A stretch of DNA of 64,000 nt from NCBI GenBank assembly GCA_050951805.1, contig JBMNJT010000002.1, forward strand, positions 768,001-832,000, read 5' to 3'. Positions 31,737 to 41,700 of this stretch are shown here, piece after piece (within the stretch, counting starts at the first letter, position 1; each line of letters begins with the position of its first letter). The position numbers and the translations under genes were made by a program. The notes under the pieces were generated by a model that was not told where the DNA came from, did not search any database, and worked only from the letters and a program-made list of their open reading frames with translations. The DNA is from Bacillota bacterium. GTDB lineage: Bacteria > Bacillota > DTU025.

Positions 31737-33686
31737 TCAGTTGTCATCGCCGTCTACAGTTCTGAAGTCTGCATCGATCACGTCGTCATCATCGCTATTT
31801 GCCGAATCGAACCCTCCGGCGCCTGTGGCGTCCCCGGAATCAGAGCCGTAGTCACCTTCACCCTGGCCGCCTGAGGCTTCTTGCGCTGCCTTGTATATTT
31901 CCTCTGACATCTTGTAAGAGGCTTCTCTGACCTGGTCCATGAAGCGCTTTACAGACTCCATGTCGTCGTCGGCGATGGCTTTTTTCAGTTCCTCAAGTTC
32001 CGCTTCGACCTTGGATCTTGTTTCTGCAGGTACTTTGTCGCCCATTTCCCGCAGCGTCTTCTCTGTCACGTAGACGAGACTGTCGGCGGAGTTTTTGAGC
32101 TCCACTTCCTCACGGCGTTTCTTGTCCTCTGCAGCAGCCCGTTCCGCTTCTCGAACCAGGTTTTCAACTTCATCCTTCGACAGCTGCGTTGATGCAGTGA
32201 TCGTGATGCGTTGCTCTTTCCCGGTTCCAAGATCCTTGGCTGCGACATTGACTATTCCGTTGGCGTCTATATCGAATGACACCTCGATCTGCGGAACTCC
32301 GCGAGGCGCCGGCGGGATGCCCTGCAGTGTAAATCGACCCAGCGTCCTGTTGTCGCGCGCGAATTCGCGCTCGCCCTGAAGAACATGAATCTCTACCGAG
32401 GTCTGCCCGTCCTCTGCTGTCGTAAAGATTTGGCTCTTCCTCGTAGGTATCGTAGTGTTTCTCTCGATGAGCTTGGTGGAGACTCCGCCAAGGGTCTCGA
32501 TCCCAAGGGAGAGGGGGGTGACGTCCAGCAGGACTACGTCCTTGACTTCACCGGCTAAGACGCCTGCCTGGATTGCCGCTCCGACAGCCACTACTTCGTC
32601 TGGGTTCACTCCTCGGTGAGGCTCCTTGCCTGTAAGCCTCTTGACCAGTTCCTGAATGACTGGCATACGCGTGGCGCCACCCACGAGAATCACTTCATCG
32701 ATGTCGTCTAAGGAGAGCTTTGCATCACTTAGCGCTTGCTTGAACGGCCTAGTGCATCTCTCTGTAAGGTCCGATGTGAGCTCTTCGAACTTTGCGCGAG
32801 TGATCTTCGTTTCCAGGTGTTTTGGACCCGTCTGGTCTGCCGTGATGAACGGAAGACTGATATTGGTCTCATAAACCTGTGAAAGCTCGATCTTCGCCTT
32901 CTCCGCCGCTTCTATCAGCCTTTGAAGGGCCTGACGATCCTTTCTCAGATCGATGCCCTGGTCGCGCTGGAATTCGTCGGCAATGTATTCGACCAATCTT
33001 TGGTCGTAGTCGTCTCCGCCCAGGTGAGTATCGCCTGCGGTAGACTTTACCTCGAATACCCCTTCGCCCACCTCAAGAATGGAGACGTCGAATGTGCCTC
33101 CGCCAAGGTCCCAGACGAGGATCGTCTCGTTTTTCTTCTTATCGAGCCCATATGCAAGCGCTGCGGCTGTTGGCTCGTTTATGATCCTCAGCACTTCGAG
33201 CCCGGCGATGCGTCCCGCGTCTTTGGTTGCCTGCCTCTGTGAATCATTGAAGTAGGCAGGGACTGTAATTACCGCCTTGGTAATCGGTTCGCCCAGGAAT
33301 TTCTCTGCATCCGTCTTCAGCTTTTGAAGTAACATCGCAGAGATTTCTTCAGGAGAGTAATCCCTGCCAGTTGCCGGCACGTCGATTTTGATGCCGTAAT
33401 TTGAGGAGGCTTTAACGTGGTAAGGTACGCGATTGCGTTCCTCCTCGACCTCGTCGAAGCGACGTCCCATAAATCTCTTGATAGAATACACAGTGTTTTC
33501 GGGATTCATAACAGCTTGTCGGCGTGCAAGTTGACCGACGAGCCTTTCGCCGCTCTTGCTGAAGCCGATTACCGACGGGGTTAATCGGGCTCCTTCCGAA
33601 TTCACTATTACCGTGGGGTTCCCACCCTCCATCACAGCAATTACTGAGTTTGTTGTGCCGAGGTCAATGCCAACAACTTTCCCCAT
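31737..33686 (-). CDS. dnaK: Chaperone DnaK
   Basis: [49 protein letters not shown]. Confidence 0.98.
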   Translation of the reverse strand: MGKVVGIDLGTTNSVIAVMEGGNPTVIVNSEGARLTPSVIGFSKSGERLVGQLARRQAVMNPENTVYSIKRFMGRRFDEVEEERNRVPYHVKASSNYGIKIDVPATGRDYSPEEISAMLLQKLKTDAEKFLGEPITKAVITVPAYFNDSQRQATKDAGRIAGLEVLRIINEPTAAALAYGLDKKKNETILVWDLGGGTFDVSILEVGEGVFEVKSTAGDTHLGGDDYDQRLVEYIADEFQRDQGIDLRKDRQALQRLIEAAEKAKIELSQVYETNISLPFITADQTGPKHLETKITRAKFEELTSDLTERCTRPFKQALSDAKLSLDDIDEVILVGGATRMPVIQELVKRLTGKEPHRGVNPDEVVAVGAAIQAGVLAGEVKDVVLLDVTPLSLGIETLGGVSTKLIERNTTIPTRKSQIFTTAEDGQTSVEIHVLQGEREFARDNRTLGRFTLQGIPPAPRGVPQIEVSFDIDANGIVNVAAKDLGTGKEQRITITASTQLSKDEVENLVREAERAAAEDKKRREEVELKNSADSLVYVTEKTLREMGDKVPAETRSKVEAELEELKKAIADDDMESVKRFMDQVREASYKMSEEIYKAAQEASGGQGEGDYGSDSGDATGAGGFDSANSDDDDVIDADFRTVDGDDN

Positions 33687-33742
33687 TGTGATTCTCCCCT
33701 TCCGTTGCTCAACTAGAAAACTGGAACAATGGAAACCCTAAC

Positions 33743-34075
33743 TCAGGAGTTGCCGTTGCCTTCTCCAGGCTTGGCTTCGCGGGGAACGCTCTGCGTAACC
33801 TCGCGATACCTGATTGTTGTGTTCCCTTGTTTTGATTCAATCTCGAGGATCATTTTGACCCCCGCGAGGTTGACGCCCTCTTCCCGAACCAAGAAACAGA
33901 TTCGCTGCAAGAGCAGCAGGTCGTTTTCGGAGTAAAGCCTCGTGTTTGCTTCGGTTCGGGCAGGTTCAAGCAACCCTTCACGCTCGATCATCCTTAGGGT
34001 TTGCGGGCTTACTCCTAGCAAACGAGCAGCTACGCCAATGGTGTAGACTGGTTCATCAGGGCCGTGTAGCCTCAA
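33743..34075 (-). CDS. hspR: MerR-family regulator, HspR-like
   Basis: DEPVYTIGVAARLLGVSPQTLRMIEREGLLEPART...RLYS...GVNLAGVKMIL; first gene of the chaperone cluster. Confidence 0.8.
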   Translation of the reverse strand: MRLHGPDEPVYTIGVAARLLGVSPQTLRMIEREGLLEPARTEANTRLYSENDLLLLQRICFLVREEGVNLAGVKMILEIESKQGNTTIRYREVTQSVPREAKPGEGNGNS

Positions 34076-34110
34076 CTTCGGTCACCTCGGATACTTTGGG
34101 TTCCTGTTAC

Positions 34111-34140
34111 ATTATAGATGAACTACAGCATCGGTGTCAA
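34111..34140 (-). promoter_or_regulatory. Consensus sigma-A promoter of the hspR-dnaK operon
   Basis: Minus strand TTGACA-ccgatgctgtagttcatc (18 nt)-TATAAT. Confidence 0.75.
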
Positions 34141-34652
34141 GCGACTTGTCACAAAAATATAAGAAAGTTATATCGAGTGTGTTAATAAAGCTTACCCATA
34201 CGATTTAGATTATATGGCAGAGCCATTCCATATGTGGATTCTGTCATAGTGTCGTTTCCTGCAGAACAGAACGGTCTCTACGAGCTTGTGCAGGACACGG
34301 GTAAACCCGTCCTTGCGTCTGTCGTGCCCACAAGCGCATTGAGTTATCGAAAACTGCCTAACACAGCAAGCTTGGATAGGTGCTGCGCAATTATCGGATC
34401 TGTATTACTTGTAGCTGAAGCTCTTCTAGTTTGATTGGGCCAAGATATTCTTGCGAGTTGCTTGGGCAGCATAGGGCTTGGGGCTATTGGCAGCCATCTG
34501 CTTCATGCGGAACGTGGGAAGGAATATGCCAGGCCACGCGCATGCGTGTGGCCTGGCGGGGTTGGGGGTGGGATGAAAGCACGATGAATGTGCCAAAATA
34601 CCATTTCCCCGATGTCAAAGGCAGCAGTTGGTGAGCATACCCGTGCTGCTGA

Positions 34653-36359
34653 TCACCAAGAAACCCCCAACTTGATTCGGTTGGGGTATTCCCATTCGAG
34701 AACCACGCCGTTTTTTGCCTCAAACCGCAGTGTCGAAGTTGACTTCCGGCATCCATCCGTCAAGGCTATTGTGTTTCTGTGGTCGTAGGTGAGCGGGCCA
34801 AAGTAGATGTCTAGCCTCAAGGAGGCGACCGGTGTTAGCCCTCCGGCAAGGCTTTTATCAGAAGCAAGGCCGAGTCCTGCCCGCACTTGTGTGATAAAGG
34901 ATCGCGCAATGGTTGTCTCGCCGATAAAGGTCCATTCCTGTGGACCTATTGACAACGCGGTGTTATTTCGGAACGCGGAGAGTTGCAGATCAATTCCGCC
35001 ATCTGAAACCATGAAGAAGTTTTTAGCTCTGTCGGCCTTTGTCGGGTTCTGTGGATCTATCTTCAATACTTGGCTGTACATTTCATACAGCCAGAAGGTG
35101 TCGGGAATTTGCGAAGGGTCAATATCGGGGCCTTTCATCAGAACGCCAACTACGCAATCGGTATCTACAAACCCTGTATGACATCCGCAAAATCCCACCG
35201 TGGTCCTGAGCCCCTTCGGTGGATTCAAAACGGCTACGATGTCGCCGGAAAGGGCATTGTCCATGTATCTGACTATCTGAACTGGCACGGCTGGGTAGCG
35301 CGAGGTGCATGTCATTTCCAGCCAATCTTGATCGGACAGAGGCCGCCCCAAACAGCCTAAATCGGCGTATCCGAAAGGATCTGGTCCTTCGCAGGAATAC
35401 GTTATCAGGTTGCCTTCAGATCTGAACATCACCTGGCCCTCTTTGTGAATGCCTATTATAAGGAACTCATCTGCGCGGTAGAAGGCAAAGTCGATTTCGT
35501 CCCGATTGGCGAGTTGCTCTGCCGTAGTCGCGGCAAGTGTTCTGTCCTTCAGATACAGGTTAGGGTAGTACACGAATTGTTCATTGTCACCCGCAGTTTC
35601 AGCCATGGCGCTTTCGGCATCATATGTCCGTTCGAACATCGACATGCCGTGGTCAGCATAGATAACCAGGTTAACAGGCTTCGAACCCAGCTGCTTCATT
35701 AGAATTCCTAGAAACTCGTCGAGTATCAGCAGACTTTCTCTTTGGGCTTCTTCACCGAAGACATGGCCATAAGAGTCGGTTATGAACCAAAAGAACTCGA
35801 CGATGTCATACTCATCGAGCAGCCGAGGAGTGTTAAGCAGAGCCCAGCCAGACAAATAGTCCATTCCGGGGATGCCATGGATGATCTGCGTGAGCGAGTA
35901 TGTGGGCAAGTGGGAAAAGAGTATTACTTGGGTTTCAATGCGCGATATGTGCCGTCCCGAGTTGCGGTCGTACATTTCCCACGTGATTGGAAGGGGTTGA
36001 TCTGGGCCTGCTCCGGTTTTAAGCCTTGGATAAAGCATTTCTGTGCCTGCGAAAAAGGGCGAGACCGCATAGCGGACCAATTTGCCGTCGTCGAAAACTG
36101 CCTTGATGTTCGGCAAATGGCCCGCATCGTATTCTTCGAAAAACAGTCTAGACGGTACGGCATCGACGTGGATTATGAGATAAGGTGCATGTAATCCGGA
36201 TTCGGCTCCCGCTGTTGCACTGCCGAAGAATATGAATATGCAGGCGACGGTGAGAACAGCAAAGGAGATCGTCTTTCCGTTTGAAGGAGCTGCAACTGAT
36301 GTCGGGCGATTCGTTTTCAAATAAGTCATCCTCCCAGCGTGGGACCGAGAATATCCCAT
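34653..36359 (-). CDS. Exported alkaline-phosphatase-superfamily (nucleotide pyrophosphatase-like) protein with beta-rich C-terminus
   Basis: Hydrophobic N-terminal segment; IIHVDAV, TDSYGHVFG, YADHGM, GCHTG metal motifs; start uncertain. Confidence 0.7.
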   Translation of the reverse strand: MGYSRSHAGRMTYLKTNRPTSVAAPSNGKTISFAVLTVACIFIFFGSATAGAESGLHAPYLIIHVDAVPSRLFFEEYDAGHLPNIKAVFDDGKLVRYAVSPFFAGTEMLYPRLKTGAGPDQPLPITWEMYDRNSGRHISRIETQVILFSHLPTYSLTQIIHGIPGMDYLSGWALLNTPRLLDEYDIVEFFWFITDSYGHVFGEEAQRESLLILDEFLGILMKQLGSKPVNLVIYADHGMSMFERTYDAESAMAETAGDNEQFVYYPNLYLKDRTLAATTAEQLANRDEIDFAFYRADEFLIIGIHKEGQVMFRSEGNLITYSCEGPDPFGYADLGCLGRPLSDQDWLEMTCTSRYPAVPVQIVRYMDNALSGDIVAVLNPPKGLRTTVGFCGCHTGFVDTDCVVGVLMKGPDIDPSQIPDTFWLYEMYSQVLKIDPQNPTKADRAKNFFMVSDGGIDLQLSAFRNNTALSIGPQEWTFIGETTIARSFITQVRAGLGLASDKSLAGGLTPVASLRLDIYFGPLTYDHRNTIALTDGCRKSTSTLRFEAKNGVVLEWEYPNRIKLGVSW

Positions 36360-36593
36360 TATGCTCTATTTTATACTATATCTCTTATATGACGCTTGTA
36401 CGAGATAAATGCGAGTACAGCCTGAACCAATAATCAGTGGAGATTGTTCGGGTACCCCTGATTTGCATGATGGCGATCTGCGTAGTCGATGTATGCATCG
36501 AAGCCATGCTGTTTCAGATCAACGTGGCGGCAGTGGGCGAATGACAGGAAACAGTAGAGCATTGGAAAAGCTGCCGGGGAATATGGGGCAGTG

Positions 36594-36622
36594 TTGACTG
36601 AGCAATGTATGTGCGTTAGGAT
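36594..36622 (+). promoter_or_regulatory. Putative sigma-A promoter for the riboswitch/CDF gene
   Basis: TTGACT-N17-TAGGAT. Confidence 0.45.
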
Positions 36623-36679
36623 TAAATCAAAATGAATCCGACTAGAGACTGCATACCTGAAGGTTTTTGACATGGTTCA

Positions 36680-36768
36680 CTCAGAGCAGGCGATCCCCCT
36701 AGGTGGAATGGGGGGTGGGGCCGGGCCTCTAGGCAGCGAGTGCATTCCGCGGCGCTCGTGGGACTGAG
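36680..36768 (+). promoter_or_regulatory. NiCo (czcD) metal-sensing riboswitch
   Basis: CTCAG-AGCAGGC...GCCGGGC..GGCAGCGAG...CTCGTGGGA-CTGAG with P1 CTCAG/CTGAG, directly upstream of a CDF exporter. Confidence 0.75.
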
Positions 36769-36835
36769 ATCATCGTAGAGTCCCGCGGGTGCCGTTTCGC
36801 TTCGGTCGGGGAGACTGCTTGCAAGGGGTGTTATT

Positions 36836-37846
36836 GTGAGAACAGAGAATTCTTCGGAAGACAGGTTCAAGATAGGGGCGAGGGTGTCATGGGGCAATAT
36901 GATTGCCAACTTGGGCCTCGTGGCGTTCAAGCTAATTGCGGGTATTGTGGGCAAAAGCTCGGCTATGGTGGCTGACGCCGCCCACTCAGCTTCTGATCTG
37001 TTGGCTACGGCTGTCGTCATTATGAGCCTCAGAGTATCGAAAAGGCCTGCCGATGTGGATCATCCCTACGGTCACGGCAAGGCTGAACCGGTAGCCGCCA
37101 AGATTGTTGGTTTGATCCTGATCATTGCAGGGTGTGCCATCGGATCGAATTCGGCTAGGAAGATCGCGGTGGGCGGGTATACAGAACCGGGCAAGATTGC
37201 CCTTGTGGCCGCCGTGGTGTCAATAGTTGTAAAGGAAGCCATGTATCGCATCACGGCTGCCACTGCAAAGGCAATAGAGAGCAGCGCAGTCATGGCGGAA
37301 GCACTGCATCACCGCTCTGATGCATATTCCTCAGTTGGAACATTCATAGGCATCCTCGGCGCCCGACTTGGAGTGCCTGTGCTCGATCCCATAGCCGGGA
37401 TAGTGGTAGCCGCCCTCATAGTCAAGATGGGCTTTGAGATCACGAGGAAGTCTTCTGACGAGCTCATGGATGCGCAGGCTGATCCGGACACGCTCCGTGC
37501 TGTGCAGGAGGCTATCGATTCTGTGGAAGGCGTAAGCGACGTGCATTACATGGCCGCGAGGCGCTATGGAGGCTATGCACACGTAGACTTGCGCATAGGA
37601 GTTGATCCTTCTTTGTCGGTGGTGGAGGGACACAACATAGCAGTGGCAGCTGAGAAGGCCATCAAAGGCGTGTGTCCACACGTAATAGGGGTCATGGTAC
37701 ATGTGGATCCGGAGTCTGTCCACGAGGATGATCCCATTGGTCACGGTTATGCCGATGTCTTTCAGCCGGAAAGCCCGCAGCGAATCGCTCAACCAAATGC
37801 TGCAGAAATGACAAGTGTGGTCGAGCCAAGCCATATTCGGGAGTAA
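36836..37846 (+). CDS. Cation diffusion facilitator (FieF/CzcD family)
   Basis: ADAAHSASD, HPYGHGKAE, HHRSDA, ZT dimerisation domain VHVDP. Confidence 0.93.
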   Translation: MRTENSSEDRFKIGARVSWGNMIANLGLVAFKLIAGIVGKSSAMVADAAHSASDLLATAVVIMSLRVSKRPADVDHPYGHGKAEPVAAKIVGLILIIAGCAIGSNSARKIAVGGYTEPGKIALVAAVVSIVVKEAMYRITAATAKAIESSAVMAEALHHRSDAYSSVGTFIGILGARLGVPVLDPIAGIVVAALIVKMGFEITRKSSDELMDAQADPDTLRAVQEAIDSVEGVSDVHYMAARRYGGYAHVDLRIGVDPSLSVVEGHNIAVAAEKAIKGVCPHVIGVMVHVDPESVHEDDPIGHGYADVFQPESPQRIAQPNAAEMTSVVEPSHIRE

Positions 37847-37976
37847 GTGTCTTATCGCCGCCCCCTCTCTTAAGTAGGACTGATGCTCTCATCTGTCGAA
37901 TACGCTTAGAGAGGGGCGCGGCACTGTCCCATCCAGACAATGCTCTTCATGCTCTCCTCTTAAAGGGTGTCTTCGA

Positions 37977-38744
37977 ATGAGGCTTTTCCTTTCGCGCAAA
38001 CAACATATGTTCGTATTGATGGTGGCATGCATTGCGTGTGTCATATTGGCCTATGCAGGCGTGGTCGGCGACAACGAGATGCCCGCTTCCCAAGGTGCCG
38101 CGGACTTTATATCTGCTGTAGACATGCCGGCGGCAGGAGCTTGGGATGTACTCTCGGAGCTTAACATGGTAGGTGTCTCAAACGTGGAAGGCCCTGTGAT
38201 TGCCATTGCGCGGGAGTGTGTGGCCCTCTCCGTTCGGGGGCAGCCTGTTCCATCAGCGACCGAGCTGATCAGGTCGGTCAGCGCGATTCCAGAGGTGGAA
38301 CAGGCTTTAACGCGTCGTTCTGCAGGGGCTTTTGTTACCGTTGTCAGGAACAACTCTGTTAGGGCCTGCGTCGGATCGATATGGCCAAGATGCGCCAATC
38401 TGGCGGAGGAGATAGCGCAGTCAGCTAGGGAGGTTGCAGCTCGCGATCTCAGGCGTCCTCCCATAGAACCCTGGGAGCTTCCGACTTGCGAATATGCAGT
38501 CTCTGTTGTGGGTCGACTTGAGAGGGTTTCCCCCGACGCAAACTGGGATCCGCGTGCTTTTGGGGTTTTTGTTAGAGCAGGTCACAGGTCTGGCGTGATT
38601 TTGCCTGGAGAGGCCTTGACACACTCTAAGCAATTGAGTTGGGCGAGGGATGAGGCAGGCATAGAGCTCGACGAAGAATGCGAGATTTATAGATTCCAGA
38701 CGGTCAAGTTCGGTTGCTCATTGGATTTGGGACGTGGCCGATAG
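37977..38744 (+). CDS. AMMECR1-domain protein with N-terminal signal/TM segment
   Basis: GAFVTV...VRACVGSI (LRGCIG-like), RDLRRPPI...EL...SV, DP..FGVFV...GVILPG. Confidence 0.75.
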   Translation: MRLFLSRKQHMFVLMVACIACVILAYAGVVGDNEMPASQGAADFISAVDMPAAGAWDVLSELNMVGVSNVEGPVIAIARECVALSVRGQPVPSATELIRSVSAIPEVEQALTRRSAGAFVTVVRNNSVRACVGSIWPRCANLAEEIAQSAREVAARDLRRPPIEPWELPTCEYAVSVVGRLERVSPDANWDPRAFGVFVRAGHRSGVILPGEALTHSKQLSWARDEAGIELDEECEIYRFQTVKFGCSLDLGRGR

Positions 38745-38762
38745 GGCTTGGAGGTAATGATT

Positions 38763-41700
38763 ATGCGTTGTCTAGGAAGATCAGCCCGCGTTAGCCATGC
38801 AATTGTTTTGGCCGCGCTTCTTGCCTTGTTTATGGCTCCAGCGGCGATGAGCGCGCGGGAACCGCAGGTGTGGCTTTTTGCAACGGCAAGGAATTACTTG
38901 CCCGAAAACGAACCTGAACTCGGAATCAGGGGCTACGGTGTAAAGGAACTTTGGCTTGATATTTACAAATTTGATGGCTTCCGGCACTTCAAGAATGGCG
39001 ATTGGAGTGCTCTGTGGAATGTGAACTACAAGGATCTGCCGGGGCGGGAAAAGGTGCGCTCTGTCCGTGTCGACATAGCGAGGCCAGGCGGCACGCTTGA
39101 TGCAGCCGTCAAACTTAAACCTCTGCCTCCAGGACAATACGTGGCAGTTGCCAGATCCGGGCAGCTCAAGACGGAGGAAGCGGCTTGGTTTGCCGTGAGC
39201 GAGTTGGGGCTGATCTCAAAGCAGTACTCGCGGGGGCTTGTAATCTATGCCGTCAACCTCAGAACAGGCGAACCCATGCCCAACGTGTCGGTATATGCTA
39301 AACTCTCGAGCATGAGCGGTTCTGATGCGTCTGAGCGTTTTGACCAAGAGACGGTGGAGTCTGGAGAAAAGGGCGATATCGGCGGGGCTGCTGTGGTGAG
39401 TGTCGGCTCCGTTTCTGTTCCAGGCGAAGTTTACGGGATGACAGACAATCGAGGGCTATTCACTATAGACCTGGCCGATTCTGCAGATTCGGCCTTTGTA
39501 GTGGCAGCAAAGGGCGATGACTTCGCCGTGCTCAACTCGTCTTACTGGTGGGATGCACGGACGCAAAAGGTTTATGTGTATACTGATAGACCTGTTTATC
39601 GGCCGAACAACGTTGTTTATTTCAAGGGAATCGCCCGGGGCATTACCAATTCGGGTTATGAAGTATTGGCCCGTCGACCTGTCAGGGTAGAAGTGCGCGA
39701 CCCTCGCAACAATGTCGTCTATAAGCAAGATTTGCTCACCAACGATTGGGGTTCTTTTTCGGGCGAGTTCAAGCTCGGAGCTGAACCGCCATTAGGCCAT
39801 TACTGGATATGTGCAATTGTTGACGGAGAGCAGCATGAAGGGAGCTTTCAGGTAGCGGAGTATCGAAAACCTGAATGGGTTGTGGAGATCGAGTTCGACA
39901 AAGAGATGTACATTGCCGGCGATCGTCTCGATGCCACGTGCAAAGCTCTTTACTATTTTGGAGCTCCTGTAAGGAATGCCCGGGTGGCCTATCGTGTCTA
40001 TCGCCAGCCCATGGGCTTTTTCGGCCCAACTGCGGAAGATTCGGGCTACGATTATGACCAGTATGGCGGCGTAGATGACATGGTTGGGTTGTATTATGGG
40101 GATTTTGTTCTTTCAGGCGAAACTCGGACCGACTCAGATGGCTTAGCGCGGATTTCCTTCGAGTCACCTGCAGCCGATGGCCATAATTACAGATATATAG
40201 TGGAAGCAGACGTCATTGACGCAACAAACAAGAGGGCATATGGAAGAGGATACACCGATGTTGCCAGAGGCACAATTGACGTCGACGTTTCGACTGACCG
40301 TTACGTAGTCCGGGAGGGAGACAAATTTGAAGTATACGCGAAAGCGGTCGATCTCGACGGCAACGGAGTGGTCAGGGACATCGATATTATCGTGCTCAAA
40401 CGGAGTTACAGCAAGAAAGGCTACACTGACACGCCTGTCCACTCAACCCGAATCACAACTGCTGCATCGGGCGATGGCTTCATTGAGCTGGAAGCAGGAA
40501 AACCCGGAGATTACGTAATTCAGGCCAAGTCCGAGGATGAACGTGGCAATGCCATAATCGCGGAGACCTATATTTGGACGACTCCGGACAATGGATCGTG
40601 GGCCGACATGTTCCGGACTGACCTGGGTATTGTGTGCGACCGAGGCAGATACGACGTAGGCGATGTTGCGAAGGTTCTGATTACTGCGCCGCCTGAGGTA
40701 AGCTCTGTCCTTCTTACAGTTGAGGACAGAGAAGTTCGGGATGTGCGCGTCATTAGGCTCGAGAACGGGTCAGCAGAGGTGGAACTGGCGATTAAGCCGG
40801 AATATGCCCCAAATACGTATGTGAGTGTTGTTGCAATAGTGTCAGGTGTTATGCAGACAGCGGCGCGCCAGATCGTGATCCCTGTTCCAGAACGTCTACT
40901 CAATGTCGAGATAAAGCCGAACAAAGACTCGTACCGTCCCGGGGAGACTGCAACGTATCTGATCGTGACTGAGAATTCTGATGGAGATGGTGTTCCAGCT
41001 GAAATATCCTTCGGTTTGGTGGACGAATCGATCTACGCGGTCAGGCCCGACACCACGCCTGCAATCGACAAGTTTTTCCACGGACGTCGCGAACGGACTG
41101 TCTCAACGGAGAACTCTTTTCCGGTGACTTATTATGGCGGCGCCGAGAAAGAAGGCGGCACAGAGGCGACACGCAAGTACTTCCCTGATACAGCCGCATG
41201 GTTTCCGTCTGTTGTGACAGACAGCAATGGTCATGCAGTGGTTCGGGTTAAGATGCCTGATTCGCTTACCACGTGGCGAGCTACGGTAAGGGCACATACG
41301 CGTTCCACCATTGTTGGGCAGGCCCAGGAAAAGGTGACCGTGAGCAAACCGCTTTCAATAAGACTTGGAATTCCGCGCCACTATACCATGGGCGACTGTG
41401 GGCGTGTAACGGGGGTTATTCATAACGAGACCAAGTGGCAGCGGATAGTCTTCGTGAACCTCAACGCGAGCGGCGCTAAGATCGTGGGCTGCTCATGGCA
41501 GTGGGTCAAAGTGCCTGCCAGTGGAGAAGCTGTGGTGGAATGGGAGGTAGAGCCGGAGACCGTGGGCGATGTGGTCTTCAAGGCAAATGCCTGGTCCTGG
41601 TTTGTTGGAGACAAACTCGCGTTGTCTGTCCCGGTTCTTCCGTTTGGAGAGAAGTGCGATGAAGTCTGGGCCGGCGAGGTGCGCCCTGACGGAGGGCGCG

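Noticed and set aside
34200-34650. 66-67 aa ORFs upstream of hspR
   Set aside because: No family motifs; cannot be supported as genes
37860-37920. Hammerhead ribozyme or fluoride riboswitch inside the inverted repeat after the CDF gene
   Set aside because: CTGATG is present but the remaining core motifs are missing; more likely a plain stem-loop
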